From Candidatus Omnitrophota bacterium (lineage in GTDB: Bacteria; Omnitrophota; Gorgyraeia; Gygaellales; Profunditerraquicolaceae), in NCBI GenBank assembly GCA_011620275.1, contig WOZK01000030.1, positions 6,242-70,241 on the forward strand: a DNA stretch of 64,000 nt, in the 5' to 3' direction. Positions 50,473-60,423 of this stretch are shown piece after piece. Under the pieces are notes generated by a model, which did not search any database, was not told the origin of the DNA, and saw nothing but the letters and a program-made list of their open reading frames with translations. The position numbers and the translations under genes were made by a program. Position 1 is the first letter of the stretch. The number at the start of each line of letters is the position of its first letter.

Positions 50473-52065
50473 CTACTTGCCGAACAACACCTTTTCCGCC
50501 TCTTTACGGAAGGCATCCATCACATAAGGGATACCGCACACTTTCTCGGCTTCTTCGCTCAGGGACATGAGATCCCTGCGGGATATGCTGCTCAAGCTGA
50601 AATTGCGCGAACCTGCCATCAGCTGCTGCAGCCCCACCTTGATGCGCTGGCTGAAAGTATATATCCCGACCGCGCCAAGAGGGATATCCTTCATATCCTT
50701 GCCGTATTTCTCGGAGAGCTCCTCATAACAAACGAATATCTCCTCCGGCTTACTGCCGAACTCGGATACCGTGGGAGGCAAATTGCCGCTTTTAATCCAC
50801 TCCTGGATATTTTTCCCCACGAAACCGGGGATCATCAAAGCACGGCCCATGCAGACCGCCTTGACATACGGCGCGCCCATGGCAAGCACTTTGAAAACAT
50901 GGTCCTCCATAGCGAAGCCCCCGGCGATGGCGATATCGGGAACACGCATTTTCTTTTTGTTCATTTTTTCGCAAAACTCATAGGCGAGCGACTGCAGGTA
51001 AAAAGTTGGGATACCCCACTCCTGCATCATTTTCCAGGGGCTCATACCGGTGCCGCCGGAAGCTCCGTCTATAGTCAACAGGTCGACCTGTGCCGCGGAA
51101 CTGAATTTCAGGGCCTGAGCCAGTTCCACCATTGAATAAGCCCCGGTCTTCACGGTTATCCTTTTGTAACCCAGGTCGCGCAGGCGTTTAATCTCCTTCA
51201 TAAAACCTTCCTCCGAAACAAACCCAAGCCTGGAATGCCGCTCGAATTCCTTGATCGCCCCGGCCTTAAAGGCCTGCTGTATGGCCGGGACTTCCGGGTC
51301 GGGAGTCACGATATAGCCTTTTTCCTTGAGTTGTATCGCGCGCTCCGGGGTTTTTACCTTGATCTCTCCGCCGATACACTTGGCCCCCTGTCCCCATTTA
51401 AGCTCAATCGTCTCCAGCTTGTGCTTTTTGCGCATATACTCGGCGACGCCTAACCGTGTGTCCTCGACATTCATCTGCACTAGTATCTCTCCGTAACCGT
51501 CGTAGAAACGCTTATACAACTCTATACGCCTGTCCATATCCGGGGCGTTCACTATCTTGCCTTTGGCGTCCAACTCCAGCCTGGGATCGATACCGCAGAC
51601 GTTCTCCCCGCAGACGATGGTGATGCCGGAGATCGCCGCCCCCACCGCAAAATGCTCCCAGTTCTTCCTGGCGATCTCGGTGGAACCGAGGGCCCCGGTG
51701 AAAACAGGAACGCGCATTTTAACTTTCTGGGCCCATCCGTATTCTGTCGTCGTGTCCACAGCCGGGAATATGGCGGTATCCGGACTTCCGGAGACTCCTT
51801 TGGGAAGTCCATTTGCTCCCTGAGCGTAACCCTGAATGTTCAGGTGCGAATAATCCACCGGATATTCTTTATCGCCTCCCGCGGTAATCTCTCCGAAAGG
51901 CCCGGGGTAAATTACCTCCCTGCCCCGAAAAGAAGATTTGAACACTTCACAGTTGCCCCGGCAGGAATCAAGACAACGTGAACAGAGGCCGGAACAGCTG
52001 ACCACGTTTTTGGAACGGTTAAAAGTGCGCGTAGCGTCGTTTCCTCCCGCAGTGCTAAGGTTCAT
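50473..52065 (-). CDS. FMN-binding glutamate synthase family protein
   Basis: N-terminal CxxCxxxCxxxC, ELKWGQGAK, TIDGASGGTG, AGG, MGRALM. Confidence 0.9.
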   Translation of the reverse strand: MNLSTAGGNDATRTFNRSKNVVSCSGLCSRCLDSCRGNCEVFKSSFRGREVIYPGPFGEITAGGDKEYPVDYSHLNIQGYAQGANGLPKGVSGSPDTAIFPAVDTTTEYGWAQKVKMRVPVFTGALGSTEIARKNWEHFAVGAAISGITIVCGENVCGIDPRLELDAKGKIVNAPDMDRRIELYKRFYDGYGEILVQMNVEDTRLGVAEYMRKKHKLETIELKWGQGAKCIGGEIKVKTPERAIQLKEKGYIVTPDPEVPAIQQAFKAGAIKEFERHSRLGFVSEEGFMKEIKRLRDLGYKRITVKTGAYSMVELAQALKFSSAAQVDLLTIDGASGGTGMSPWKMMQEWGIPTFYLQSLAYEFCEKMNKKKMRVPDIAIAGGFAMEDHVFKVLAMGAPYVKAVCMGRALMIPGFVGKNIQEWIKSGNLPPTVSEFGSKPEEIFVCYEELSEKYGKDMKDIPLGAVGIYTFSQRIKVGLQQLMAGSRNFSLSSISRRDLMSLSEEAEKVCGIPYVMDAFRKEAEKVLFGK

Positions 52066-52169
52066 ATTCCCTTTTCCTTTCTCCAGCCCGCTGGTTTAAC
52101 GTATGCCGCGGCCGGCCAGCAGGGCTAAGAAATGTACACCGGCCGCTTATCCTTCCATCGTTTGGGCAC

Positions 52170-52244
52170 AAAAAAAACGCCCGCCTTTATGGCGGACGTC
52201 TTTGTCCTCAACAATAAGTATACACCCTTTCGGACTATTGTCAA
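52170..52244 (-). promoter_or_regulatory. Promoter plus ANTAR-like hairpin overlapping a leader terminator
   Basis: TTGACA-16 nt-TATACT; GGAC-AAAGAC-GTCC hexaloop hairpin overlapping GACGTCCGCC/GGCGGGCGTT and a T tract. Confidence 0.6.
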
Positions 52245-52317
52245 TCAATTCGGCGTGTCACAATATCAGGCCTTATCCGTGAGCCTGTTTATCTGTTCCG
52301 GATCGGACTTGAACCGG

Positions 52318-53358
52318 CTATCTCCGGGAGAGGATACCGGCAACGGCGTCAAGCAGGCTAAAAATCCCTGCGGCTTTTTCTTCACCCAGACTGCCGAGGC
52401 CGCAGCTCGGGCTGACGATAAGCCTTTCCCTGACTTTCGCCGCATTCACTCCTTTGCGCCTGAACATCTCCACCCCGGAATCTATCTTTTCCAGCAGGGA
52501 CTCCGGCGTCTCAGCCCCGGTAAATTCCCTGGTAGGTGCGATACCCCAGCAAAGAATCCCCCCTTTGTCGAGGAAAGCCGAAACTTCGGCTGCGTAAAGC
52601 ACAATTCTGTCCAGAAAATTGAAGGCATCGAAGCTGATTATATCCACTCCGGCCGCCTCGGTAAGTATGGACCAGTCGGTATTGCCGCAGCAATGAACCC
52701 CGGTCAATGCTCCGTGCGCCTTTATGTCCGAACACAATTCGCTCATTACATCCAGCGCCGTCTGCCGGGTGACCGGTGTATAGGCGGAGCCGAAACAACC
52801 GAGATACGGCTCATCCACGAAAATAATCGTCTGCCTGCCGAATTCCTTAAGGAACTCGATTTGCCATTTAGCTTTGCCCGCCAGACCTTTTACCACAACC
52901 TGCATCATTATTTCGTTATGCAGAAGGGCCGTCCCTTTTTCATCGGTAACCGAGGCCGCGAAGGTGAAAGGACCGGTTATGTGTCCCTTGAGGAAATCAG
53001 CGCCTTTGGCGCCGTTCCTGCGCAGCCTATCGCGGTAGGCGTAGATCCCGGGGGCAAAGTCAGGGGTAATGGCAAAATAGGCGTTGTCGCCTGCTATCAC
53101 CTTTTCGTAAAAAAGCTCGAGTTCGCTTTCAGGAGCGGACGCATCCAGATAAACGCCTCCGTCTTGGAGTTTAAAACAAGGGAAATTCTGGGAAAACTGC
53201 GCCACCATCCCTTCGCATGCCCCTCTCTTGGGAAGCTGCGGCCAGAACGGCGCTCTCGGAGTGCGTCGGAAAATAAGATCCAGCGCGGTCTCCGCTTCAC
53301 GATAAGGCAAACTGCCTATGCCGGTAGCCAAACCTTTAAGAACCTCCGCGTCTCTCAT
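52318..53358 (-). CDS. Single-domain MetE-like (URO-D/CIMS barrel) methyltransferase family protein
   Basis: TGIGSLP, FWPQLP, KGHITGPFT, DEP, GVHCC, SPSCGLG. Confidence 0.85.
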   Translation of the reverse strand: MRDAEVLKGLATGIGSLPYREAETALDLIFRRTPRAPFWPQLPKRGACEGMVAQFSQNFPCFKLQDGGVYLDASAPESELELFYEKVIAGDNAYFAITPDFAPGIYAYRDRLRRNGAKGADFLKGHITGPFTFAASVTDEKGTALLHNEIMMQVVVKGLAGKAKWQIEFLKEFGRQTIIFVDEPYLGCFGSAYTPVTRQTALDVMSELCSDIKAHGALTGVHCCGNTDWSILTEAAGVDIISFDAFNFLDRIVLYAAEVSAFLDKGGILCWGIAPTREFTGAETPESLLEKIDSGVEMFRRKGVNAAKVRERLIVSPSCGLGSLGEEKAAGIFSLLDAVAGILSRR

Positions 53359-53591
53359 CTCACCCGCCCCCCGCCGAACCCGCGGAACAAACCGCCGTTT
53401 CCTCCGCTCCTGGTCTTTTTGTCGCCGGTCACGCTGCCGCAGACAGCGCATCTGTATTCATAAAGGCAGCCGTCGGGTAATACCAACAGCAGCCTTTCTC
53501 TTACGGGCGTGGAACGCCCGCAGGAAGAACAGAAAAGCCTGCCGGCATTGAGCTCTTCGAATTGTCCTTTCGGTCCACGGCCGTTCATCAC
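53355..53591 (-). CDS. Small zinc-ribbon protein
   Basis: CSSC...VRERLLLVLP...CAVCG; overlaps both neighbours. Confidence 0.8.
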   Translation of the reverse strand: MMNGRGPKGQFEELNAGRLFCSSCGRSTPVRERLLLVLPDGCLYEYRCAVCGSVTGDKKTRSGGNGGLFRGFGGGRVR

Positions 53592-53887
53592 ATCAAACCC
53601 GGGATATTCAATCCCGTGATCTCCTTCATTTTCTGCGCCGCCAGGTCATGGGAATGCTTTATCGCGCGGTTATAGACATCCTTTAACGCCTTTTCCAGCC
53701 TGGTTTTCGCCTCCGGAGGAAGCGTTTCACATCTAACGGTTACCGCTTCCACCTGTTGTGAACCATTCATAGAAAGACGCACACTACCGTCCTGACTCTC
53801 GGTATCGAACACTGTTTTATCCAGGCTTTCCTTAATCTCCCTGGCCTTCTTCTGCATTTCCATTATGGATTTAAGTTTGTCGAACAT
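53588..53887 (-). CDS. YbaB/EbfC nucleoid-associated protein
   Basis: MFDKLK...DGSVRLSMNG...TGLNIPGLM pattern. Confidence 0.88.
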   Translation of the reverse strand: MFDKLKSIMEMQKKAREIKESLDKTVFDTESQDGSVRLSMNGSQQVEAVTVRCETLPPEAKTRLEKALKDVYNRAIKHSHDLAAQKMKEITGLNIPGLM

Positions 53888-53959
53888 TTCTTCTCCTCTG
53901 CATGACCCTACGGGATTTAACCGGAGAGACCCTCCTATTTTTCCTGCGAAACAGCCGGA

Positions 53960-54445
53960 TTATTTACCCGGGACGGCTGTAAGCAACGATTTATACTCCT
54001 TGTAAGGGAACTCGTTGGTCTGAAACAATATCCTTCCCTCCCGGTCTACCAGTGTGTAAGTAGGCACTCCGATCAGCCGGTAAGTGTCCGCTACCGTTCC
54101 GTATCCGTCCAGGAAAGAAGGAATGCTTATACGATTACGGCTGAGGAAACGCAAGACTTTCTCTTCGCTTTCCCCCACGTTGATGGGAATGACCTCGATC
54201 CCTTCCGCCGACATCTTTTCGTACTTTTCATTCAGCATCTTCATCTGCCTGACGCAATACGGGCACCAGGTGGTCCAGAAGAAAAGCAGCACCGGTTTTA
54301 CACCCCGGAAATAGCTCATGGTGACCGTCTTGCCGGAAGTAGCGGTCAGGCTAAAATCTGACGCGCTGTCGAAAGCCCAAAGGCTACCGGCGCAGAACAA
54401 CGATAACACCAGGATAGAGACGGCGAATATTTTTATTATCTTCAT
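53960..54445 (-). CDS. TlpA/ResA-like thioredoxin
   Basis: Signal peptide, FWTTWCPYC, GVPT. Confidence 0.92.
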   Translation of the reverse strand: MKIIKIFAVSILVLSLFCAGSLWAFDSASDFSLTATSGKTVTMSYFRGVKPVLLFFWTTWCPYCVRQMKMLNEKYEKMSAEGIEVIPINVGESEEKVLRFLSRNRISIPSFLDGYGTVADTYRLIGVPTYTLVDREGRILFQTNEFPYKEYKSLLTAVPGK

Positions 54446-54531
54446 GTTCTCCTCTCTTTATGCGCCGCTGTTTACCGCCGCAGGCTGTTTATCTCCAGGA
54501 GGACGATAACAGCAGTCATGCTACGACAAGC

Positions 54532-55200
54532 TCAATTCAATTCTTTTATTATAAAATACACCCCGCTGGCGCACAACAATAAAGCGCAGGCTTTCTGTAC
54601 ATATTCCAGCCATTTGCCGGACTTGGGCAGCCGGGAAAGGAAATAACCGGATGTTCCGGCGACAATGAACAGCAGGCTCATCCCGTACGCGAAAGTAAGC
54701 AGCAACAGCGCGCCGTAGAGCACATTCTTGCGCGAAGCGAGATAGACCAGGATGGAACCGAGCACCGGGGTAACGCACGGACTAATCAACAGTGCCGACC
54801 CGCAGCCGAGAAAGAAAGCCCAGAAAATCCCGCCGTGTCCTTTGCCTGTTGGGCGCACTCCGATAAACCGCTTTACAGGCAGCTTCAGGATACCGGACAT
54901 GAATACGCCGAAAATGAATATCAATAGGCCGGAGAGGACCGATATCCATGCAGAAGCTGCTAATCTTGCCATAGCCCTGCCGCCCAGCGAAGCCAACACG
55001 CCCAGCAGGGCGTAAATGAAAGCGGTTCCGCCGGCGTAGGAAAAACTCAACAGAAAAGCCCTGCGGCGAGAAACACAGGAAGACGCCCCTACATAACCGA
55101 TTATGACCGGCAAAAGCGGATATACGCAAGGAGTAAAACTCCAGAGTACCCCGCCGGCAAAAGCTATGACGAAATCAAACGGCGTTCCCGACAGATTCAT
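54532..55200 (-). CDS. CcdA/DsbD-beta family membrane protein
   Basis: FTPCVYP and SPCVTP, multiple TMs. Confidence 0.92.
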   Translation of the reverse strand: MNLSGTPFDFVIAFAGGVLWSFTPCVYPLLPVIIGYVGASSCVSRRRAFLLSFSYAGGTAFIYALLGVLASLGGRAMARLAASAWISVLSGLLIFIFGVFMSGILKLPVKRFIGVRPTGKGHGGIFWAFFLGCGSALLISPCVTPVLGSILVYLASRKNVLYGALLLLTFAYGMSLLFIVAGTSGYFLSRLPKSGKWLEYVQKACALLLCASGVYFIIKELN

Positions 55201-55495
55201 TTATCCAGGAAAGATATTCTTTCGTCCCGGCGACAACAGGCAAAGCGATGATCTCCGGCACGGAGTAGCTATGGCAAGATCTGACCTCACCGGCCAAGCG
55301 CGAAAATAAGGATTTCTTGGTTTTTATGACCAACAGGCATTCACGGCAGTTATTGACGCGCCCCTTCCAACGGAAGAATGAGGATATCCCGGGAACGACG
55401 TTCACACAGGCGGCCAGTTTCTTCTCCACCAGGCGGCGGGCTATCTTCTCCGACTCTTTCTTACTGCAGGCGGTGACGAACACGGTGATATACAT
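55175..55495 (-). CDS. cutA: Divalent-cation tolerance protein CutA
   Basis: LAACVN, WKG, IKT, HSYSVPEI. Confidence 0.93.
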   Translation of the reverse strand: MYITVFVTACSKKESEKIARRLVEKKLAACVNVVPGISSFFRWKGRVNNCRECLLVIKTKKSLFSRLAGEVRSCHSYSVPEIIALPVVAGTKEYLSWINESVGNAV

Positions 55496-55507
55496 GGGCG
55501 ATTTTCC

Positions 55508-56002
55508 TCACGCTGACGGTCCGGCCGCGAGTTTCTTGACCAGTTCGGCGACCCTGCCGCCCAGCCTCAGGCATTCGTCCGCGGCTCGCTCGTCGCAACT
55601 TCCCACGGCAACCGGGCCGTAATGGTCTCCTTTAGGATCGCCGTGTATGATCATACCATGCACGAGCAGAACATGCAAGATATCCAGAATGGTGCTTTCG
55701 TTGCCTCCTGCGAGGTTGCCGCTGGAGGCGAACGCCGCTCCGATCCTGCCGTCGAGCCTGCCGTGCAGCTTTACCGACTCGTCCACCAGCTTCTTTATTT
55801 CGGCGGCCATGGTCCCGTAATAAACCGGTGACCCTATTATCACGCCGGAATAAGCAAGCAGTTCATCCACTCCCACAGATCCCACATCCCGGACGTCCGT
55901 CTCCACCCCGTGGCTGCGCGCCCCCTCGGCCACCAGTTCCGCCATGCGCCTGGTGGTGCCGCCCCGCGAATAATAGATCACTATTATCTTCTGCATGCTC
56001 AC
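55508..56002 (-). CDS. WrbA/flavodoxin family protein
   Basis: YYSRGGTT, GSPVYYG, GGNE, HYG. Confidence 0.9.
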   Translation of the reverse strand: MSMQKIIVIYYSRGGTTRRMAELVAEGARSHGVETDVRDVGSVGVDELLAYSGVIIGSPVYYGTMAAEIKKLVDESVKLHGRLDGRIGAAFASSGNLAGGNESTILDILHVLLVHGMIIHGDPKGDHYGPVAVGSCDERAADECLRLGGRVAELVKKLAAGPSA

Positions 56003-56256
56003 CTCCCGGATACAGTGGTTTCTTCTATTTTAGCCGACCTTATCTTCCCGTATTGAGAACAAATGTCGAATACCAGTTCCGGATCATCGGTCCCCAGAGA
56101 AACGTGCATGCATGATTCCCCGGGAACACCAGCCTCCCCCTGAATAGACAGCTCTATATCTTCCCCTATCCCATCCAAAGCCCGGCGCAGTATATCCTCC
56201 GAGACGCACCCTACCCCAAGTATGAATTTCATCCTGAATTTTCTTAAAAGGAACAT
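55999..56256 (-). CDS. Small hypothetical protein
   Basis: GGAGG SD, fills the gap exactly within the operon. Confidence 0.7.
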   Translation of the reverse strand: MFLLRKFRMKFILGVGCVSEDILRRALDGIGEDIELSIQGEAGVPGESCMHVSLGTDDPELVFDICSQYGKIRSAKIEETTVSGR

Positions 56257-56263
56257 ACGCCTC

Positions 56264-56986
56264 CTATTGCGTTTTGCTAAGCATAATCACTGAAAGCATC
56301 CTCCCCGCGAGCCCTCCTTCCCTGCGGTAAGAAAAGAAATCTCTCCCCATACACATGGTGCACTGACCACCGCTCTCATGTATATTCTCAGACCTCACAC
56401 CGCAGACAAGCAATGCTTGTCTATTGAAACCGGAGAGGTCGAAAAACGTATCCTCTCCGTCCATAGCGACTGACCCGGGAAAAATCTCCCGGAAATCTCC
56501 TGAGACCCGGTAACAGCATTGTCCTATGCAGGGCCCCAGCCATGCCGAGACCGCTTCCGGCCTGGTGCCGAATTTTTCCCGCATCAAACGCAGGGTATTG
56601 CCGATTATCCCGTCGCGGCTCCCGCGCCATCCGGCGTGGACGGCCGCCGCCGCCGGCGCCGCGGGATCGAAAAGCAATACCGGCAGACAATCGGCGGTAA
56701 GTATGCCGAGCGGCAGTCCGGGAACGCAGGTAACTAGGGCGTCCGCCCGGGCCACGGAAGTCTCGAAAGACAAAGCCCCTTTGCCGGCGTCGGCGGAAGT
56801 GACCTCCACGGCTCTGCCGCCGTGCACCTGGTCGCTGCAGACCAGACGGCCGGGGACGGCGCCTATCGAAGCAAGAAAATTCCCGCGGTTAACCAGCACG
56901 TCCGCCTTATCCCCGTGCCGGAACGACATATTTATGCGCCCGCGGCCGAAAGCCAGGCTGATCCCGCACAGCTCCTCAGACGTCAT
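56264..56986 (-). CDS. pgeF: PgeF/YfiH purine nucleoside phosphorylase/laccase-domain protein
   Basis: QVHG, ADALVT, TADCLP, HAGWRG, GPCI, FFSYRR. Confidence 0.93.
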   Translation of the reverse strand: MTSEELCGISLAFGRGRINMSFRHGDKADVLVNRGNFLASIGAVPGRLVCSDQVHGGRAVEVTSADAGKGALSFETSVARADALVTCVPGLPLGILTADCLPVLLFDPAAPAAAAVHAGWRGSRDGIIGNTLRLMREKFGTRPEAVSAWLGPCIGQCCYRVSGDFREIFPGSVAMDGEDTFFDLSGFNRQALLVCGVRSENIHESGGQCTMCMGRDFFSYRREGGLAGRMLSVIMLSKTQ

Positions 56987-57902
56987 TTTCCTGCCTGTCC
57001 ACGGAGGCAATCCTTTCCGCCAGTTTCTCGAGTTTTCTGGAACTCTCTTCGTATTTACGGCCCGCGTCCTGCAGATGCCTGCCCACGAGCTGATAATCAT
57101 CCCGGAATTTGTTTATCTCGCCCGATAAAGAAGCTATAGTCTTTAATATGCGTTCCGCGTTCTCTTCCACGCGCAACCCCTTCAATCCCAGGCAGATTAT
57201 CTGCAGGTAGGCGTAGAAAGTAAGCGGCGACACCGGATATACCCTGCGCGAGATCAAATAAGACAAAAGGTCTTCCGTGGCTATTATCTCATAATAGACG
57301 TTCTCCGCCGGGATATACATAAAAGCGAAATCGTAGGTGTTCTCGGCCGGGAGGATGTATTTGGAAGCTATCTCGTCGGTCCTGTCCTTGACGTCGGAAA
57401 CGAACTTTTTCTTCAGGGCCGAGCGCGCCTGTTCCTGCGGTTCAGCCGTCATTTTCTGAAAGTTCTCCAGGCTGAACTTGGCGTCCACCGGCAAGAGACG
57501 CTCCCCCAGCCTGATAACCGCGTCCACCGTATCGGAGGTGCGGAAACGGTATTGCACCTGGAAGAAATCGGGAGGCAGAACCTGGGAAAGCAGGTTTTCC
57601 AGGAAAGTCTCGGCGAACTTTCCCCTGAACTTGGGGGCCCGCAGCAGTTCCTGCAGACTGGATATGTCCTTGCCTATCTCGTATATCCTGCGGTTTACCT
57701 CCTCGACGCGGGCTAATTTATCCTGGACCCCGCCAAAAACTCCGAGAGTATCGCCTATATTCTTATTCAAAGAGTCTCCGCTCCTGCGCACCGCCTCGGC
57801 CATCGCGTCCATGCGGGAACTAATCTGGAAATAAAGGCGTAGCAGCACGAAGAACACCGCGAAAACCGCCAGTACCGACGCGATCACCAGAACTATGACC
57901 AT
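56976..57902 (-). CDS. rmuC: DNA recombination protein RmuC
   Basis: N-terminal TM, PKFRGKFAE, PVDAKF, KYI, FMYIPAE, VSP. Confidence 0.92.
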   Translation of the reverse strand: MVIVLVIASVLAVFAVFFVLLRLYFQISSRMDAMAEAVRRSGDSLNKNIGDTLGVFGGVQDKLARVEEVNRRIYEIGKDISSLQELLRAPKFRGKFAETFLENLLSQVLPPDFFQVQYRFRTSDTVDAVIRLGERLLPVDAKFSLENFQKMTAEPQEQARSALKKKFVSDVKDRTDEIASKYILPAENTYDFAFMYIPAENVYYEIIATEDLLSYLISRRVYPVSPLTFYAYLQIICLGLKGLRVEENAERILKTIASLSGEINKFRDDYQLVGRHLQDAGRKYEESSRKLEKLAERIASVDRQENDV

Positions 57903-57936
57903 TTCTCGTTCTCCCCTTTACGGACCCGGCCTCAGC

Positions 57937-58656
57937 CTACGGCAGATATTCCCGTTTTATTCTTTTAACACTGCGGAAGATATTGGTTTTAACGTCCGGA
58001 CACACGCGCTCCGCCTGCGCTATGAAACGCCCCACAAGCGCCCGGTTAGTTTTACCGCTGTGCGGACACCGGCATTTCTGCGCCGGTATTTTGTAAGCGT
58101 CGGCAAAAGCTATTATCTCCTTCTCCTCAACGTATGCCAGCGGCCGTATCAACGTCAACTTCCCGCCGAAGAGTTCCTGTTTAGGGCACATCGCCGAGAT
58201 CTCCCCGTGAAAGAAGAAATTAAGAAGTATGGTCTGAACTATATCATCCTTGTGATGACCCAGAGCGACTTTGGAACACCCGAGCCTGTCCGCCGCCTCG
58301 AACAACGTCTTGCGCCGGTTCCAGGAACACCAGAAACAGTTAATTTTCCCGCGGTCGCTGGAACGCAAGGCGTCAGATCTCTCTATGTGGAACTCAACGC
58401 CGATGCCGCGCAGATTACGTTCCAACCTCGCCGGATTTACTCCCCCATACCCCAAATCGACGTGCACCGCGATTATATCGTACTTTATCGGAACAAACTT
58501 CCGCCTCTCCTGCATTATGCGCAGAAGGGCAAAGCTGTCCTTACCGCCGGAAACCGCCACCGCCACCCTGTCCCCGTCGTCAAGCATCCCGTAATCGGTA
58601 ATCGCCTTGCCGACCTTTTTGGAGAGGAAATATGCCCGGCCGGAAAGATACGCCAT
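57937..58656 (-). CDS. ttcA: tRNA 2-thiocytidine biosynthesis TtcA family protein
   Basis: SGGKDS, CFWC, GHHKDD, IRPL, CRCP. Confidence 0.88.
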   Translation of the reverse strand: MAYLSGRAYFLSKKVGKAITDYGMLDDGDRVAVAVSGGKDSFALLRIMQERRKFVPIKYDIIAVHVDLGYGGVNPARLERNLRGIGVEFHIERSDALRSSDRGKINCFWCSWNRRKTLFEAADRLGCSKVALGHHKDDIVQTILLNFFFHGEISAMCPKQELFGGKLTLIRPLAYVEEKEIIAFADAYKIPAQKCRCPHSGKTNRALVGRFIAQAERVCPDVKTNIFRSVKRIKREYLP

Positions 58657-60306
58657 TTATCTCCTGCCGGCCCTTGTGTCGCGGGTCGCCGCCAGAGCCA
58701 GGTATACCTCTTTCAGCATATCGCAGGACAGCAAAAGCAGCGCCGCAGACACAGCGACCAGGATATAAGCCTTCTGCCGCCAGAAAACAACCATCCCCGA
58801 CCCGAGCGCGAAAACGGTGGTAACCGCCATAAACAACGCCGGCAATAACGTGTATAAAGACGGCCGGCCTCTTTGTAAAAGATAAACGGAAGCCGTCAAC
58901 AGCACCAGGGCGGCGATCAACTGGTTCGCCGCGCCGAACACCGGCCAGATCACCTGCCAGGAGCCGAAAGCCAGACAGGCCGCGGCCACCACGGAAATCA
59001 CGCCGAACACATATTTATTATTCATTTTCTTCCTTTTCAGAGACTCCCCGAATATCTCTTCCGTAAGGTAACGCGTGATCCTGGTTGCGCTGTCGAGAGT
59101 GGTCATCACGAAACTGTTCAAAAGAAAAACCGCTATGGTCGTCCCGGCCGCGGCGCCCACCAGAGGGGCAGTGAGATTACCGTAGCCTTTACCGAAGGTC
59201 ACTATCCAGCCGCTTTTCTCCGCCAGTTCAGGATAGACCATGCCCTCCGGCCCGCCGCTCCAGAAAAGACCGGCGCAGACGGAGATTATGGCAAGCAGGG
59301 ACATCGCCGCCTCCAGCAGCATGCCTCCGAAGGCTATACGCTTGGCGTCGCGTTTACACGCCAGCTGCTTGGAGGTCGTCCCGGACGAAACCAGCGAATG
59401 AAAACCGGAGATGGCGCCGCAGGCTATCAAAACGAACATGGCCGGCCACAAACCGGCGCTTCCGGCTGGAGCCTGAATATAGAAAGGAGTCGACATCTTC
59501 GGATGAGAAACGAATACTCCGGCGTAGCCCAGGAGCAACCCCAGAAACAGCACGACCATTGAAAGATAGTCGCGCGGCTGCAGCAGCAAGTTCACCGGGA
59601 CTACCGAGGCGATATAGGCGTAAACGAGCAGCAGCGCCGTCCAGAACGCCATAGCCTGGGGAAACGCCAGCTGCACCGGAAATACTTCGCCCGCGTAAAT
59701 GGAGCCGGCCATAAGCAAAAGAGCGACCACGGTCGCCGGCAATTGTTTCACTTTCCAGCGGTAAATCATAAAACCTAGTAAGACGGCTATAGGGATGAGC
59801 CCCAGGGTAGGTATGACGATCTCCGGTTTGACAACAAGAGTCTGGGCGGTAACGGCCGCGAAGACCGCCACGATAAGAACCAGGGCCAGCCAGAGAAAAA
59901 TTGAAAAAAACAGACGGTAGCGGCGGTTTATCACAACCTCAGAAACCTGCCCCACCGATTTCCCTTTATGCCGCAACGAAAGAATAAGCGCAGAATAATC
60001 GTGGATCCCTCCGATGAAGATCGAACCTAAAACCACCCACAGCGCGGCCGGCCCCCAGCCGAACATGGCGCAGGCCACCACCGGCCCGATTACCGGGCCG
60101 GCCCCGGCTATCGAAGAAAAATGGTGGCCGAACAGAATGCTCCAGTGCTTTGCCGGCATATAGTCCAGCCCGTCGCCGTATTCCACGGCTGGGGTCTTAC
60201 GGCTGTAGTCCACCCCCCATATTTTCTTCTCGCTGAAGGCCGCGTAATAATGGTAACCCGCTGCCAGCGCGCAGGTCCCGACCAGCAGTAACCATAACGA
60301 ATTCAT
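58657..60306 (-). CDS. cstA: Carbon starvation protein A family transporter
   Basis: FGHHFSSIAGAGP, LLQPRDY, IACGAISGFHSL, TTLDSATR, WPVFGAANQL. Confidence 0.95.
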   Translation of the reverse strand: MNSLWLLLVGTCALAAGYHYYAAFSEKKIWGVDYSRKTPAVEYGDGLDYMPAKHWSILFGHHFSSIAGAGPVIGPVVACAMFGWGPAALWVVLGSIFIGGIHDYSALILSLRHKGKSVGQVSEVVINRRYRLFFSIFLWLALVLIVAVFAAVTAQTLVVKPEIVIPTLGLIPIAVLLGFMIYRWKVKQLPATVVALLLMAGSIYAGEVFPVQLAFPQAMAFWTALLLVYAYIASVVPVNLLLQPRDYLSMVVLFLGLLLGYAGVFVSHPKMSTPFYIQAPAGSAGLWPAMFVLIACGAISGFHSLVSSGTTSKQLACKRDAKRIAFGGMLLEAAMSLLAIISVCAGLFWSGGPEGMVYPELAEKSGWIVTFGKGYGNLTAPLVGAAAGTTIAVFLLNSFVMTTLDSATRITRYLTEEIFGESLKRKKMNNKYVFGVISVVAAACLAFGSWQVIWPVFGAANQLIAALVLLTASVYLLQRGRPSLYTLLPALFMAVTTVFALGSGMVVFWRQKAYILVAVSAALLLLSCDMLKEVYLALAATRDTRAGRR

Positions 60307-60423
60307 TCTTGCTCCCTAATGCCGGTTCAACATCTCCTGTTTTCCACGGCTGTTCTTTCTATTATACTGCCGGGAAGGATAATTTTCACAAAAAATTTAT
60401 GGAACGCGGATTTATTTCCGGCG

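Noticed and set aside
52132-53463. 443-aa plus-strand ORF
   Set aside because: Antisense shadow of the MetE-like gene, with no recognisable motifs
57895-58848. 317-aa plus-strand ORF
   Set aside because: Antisense to ttcA and cstA
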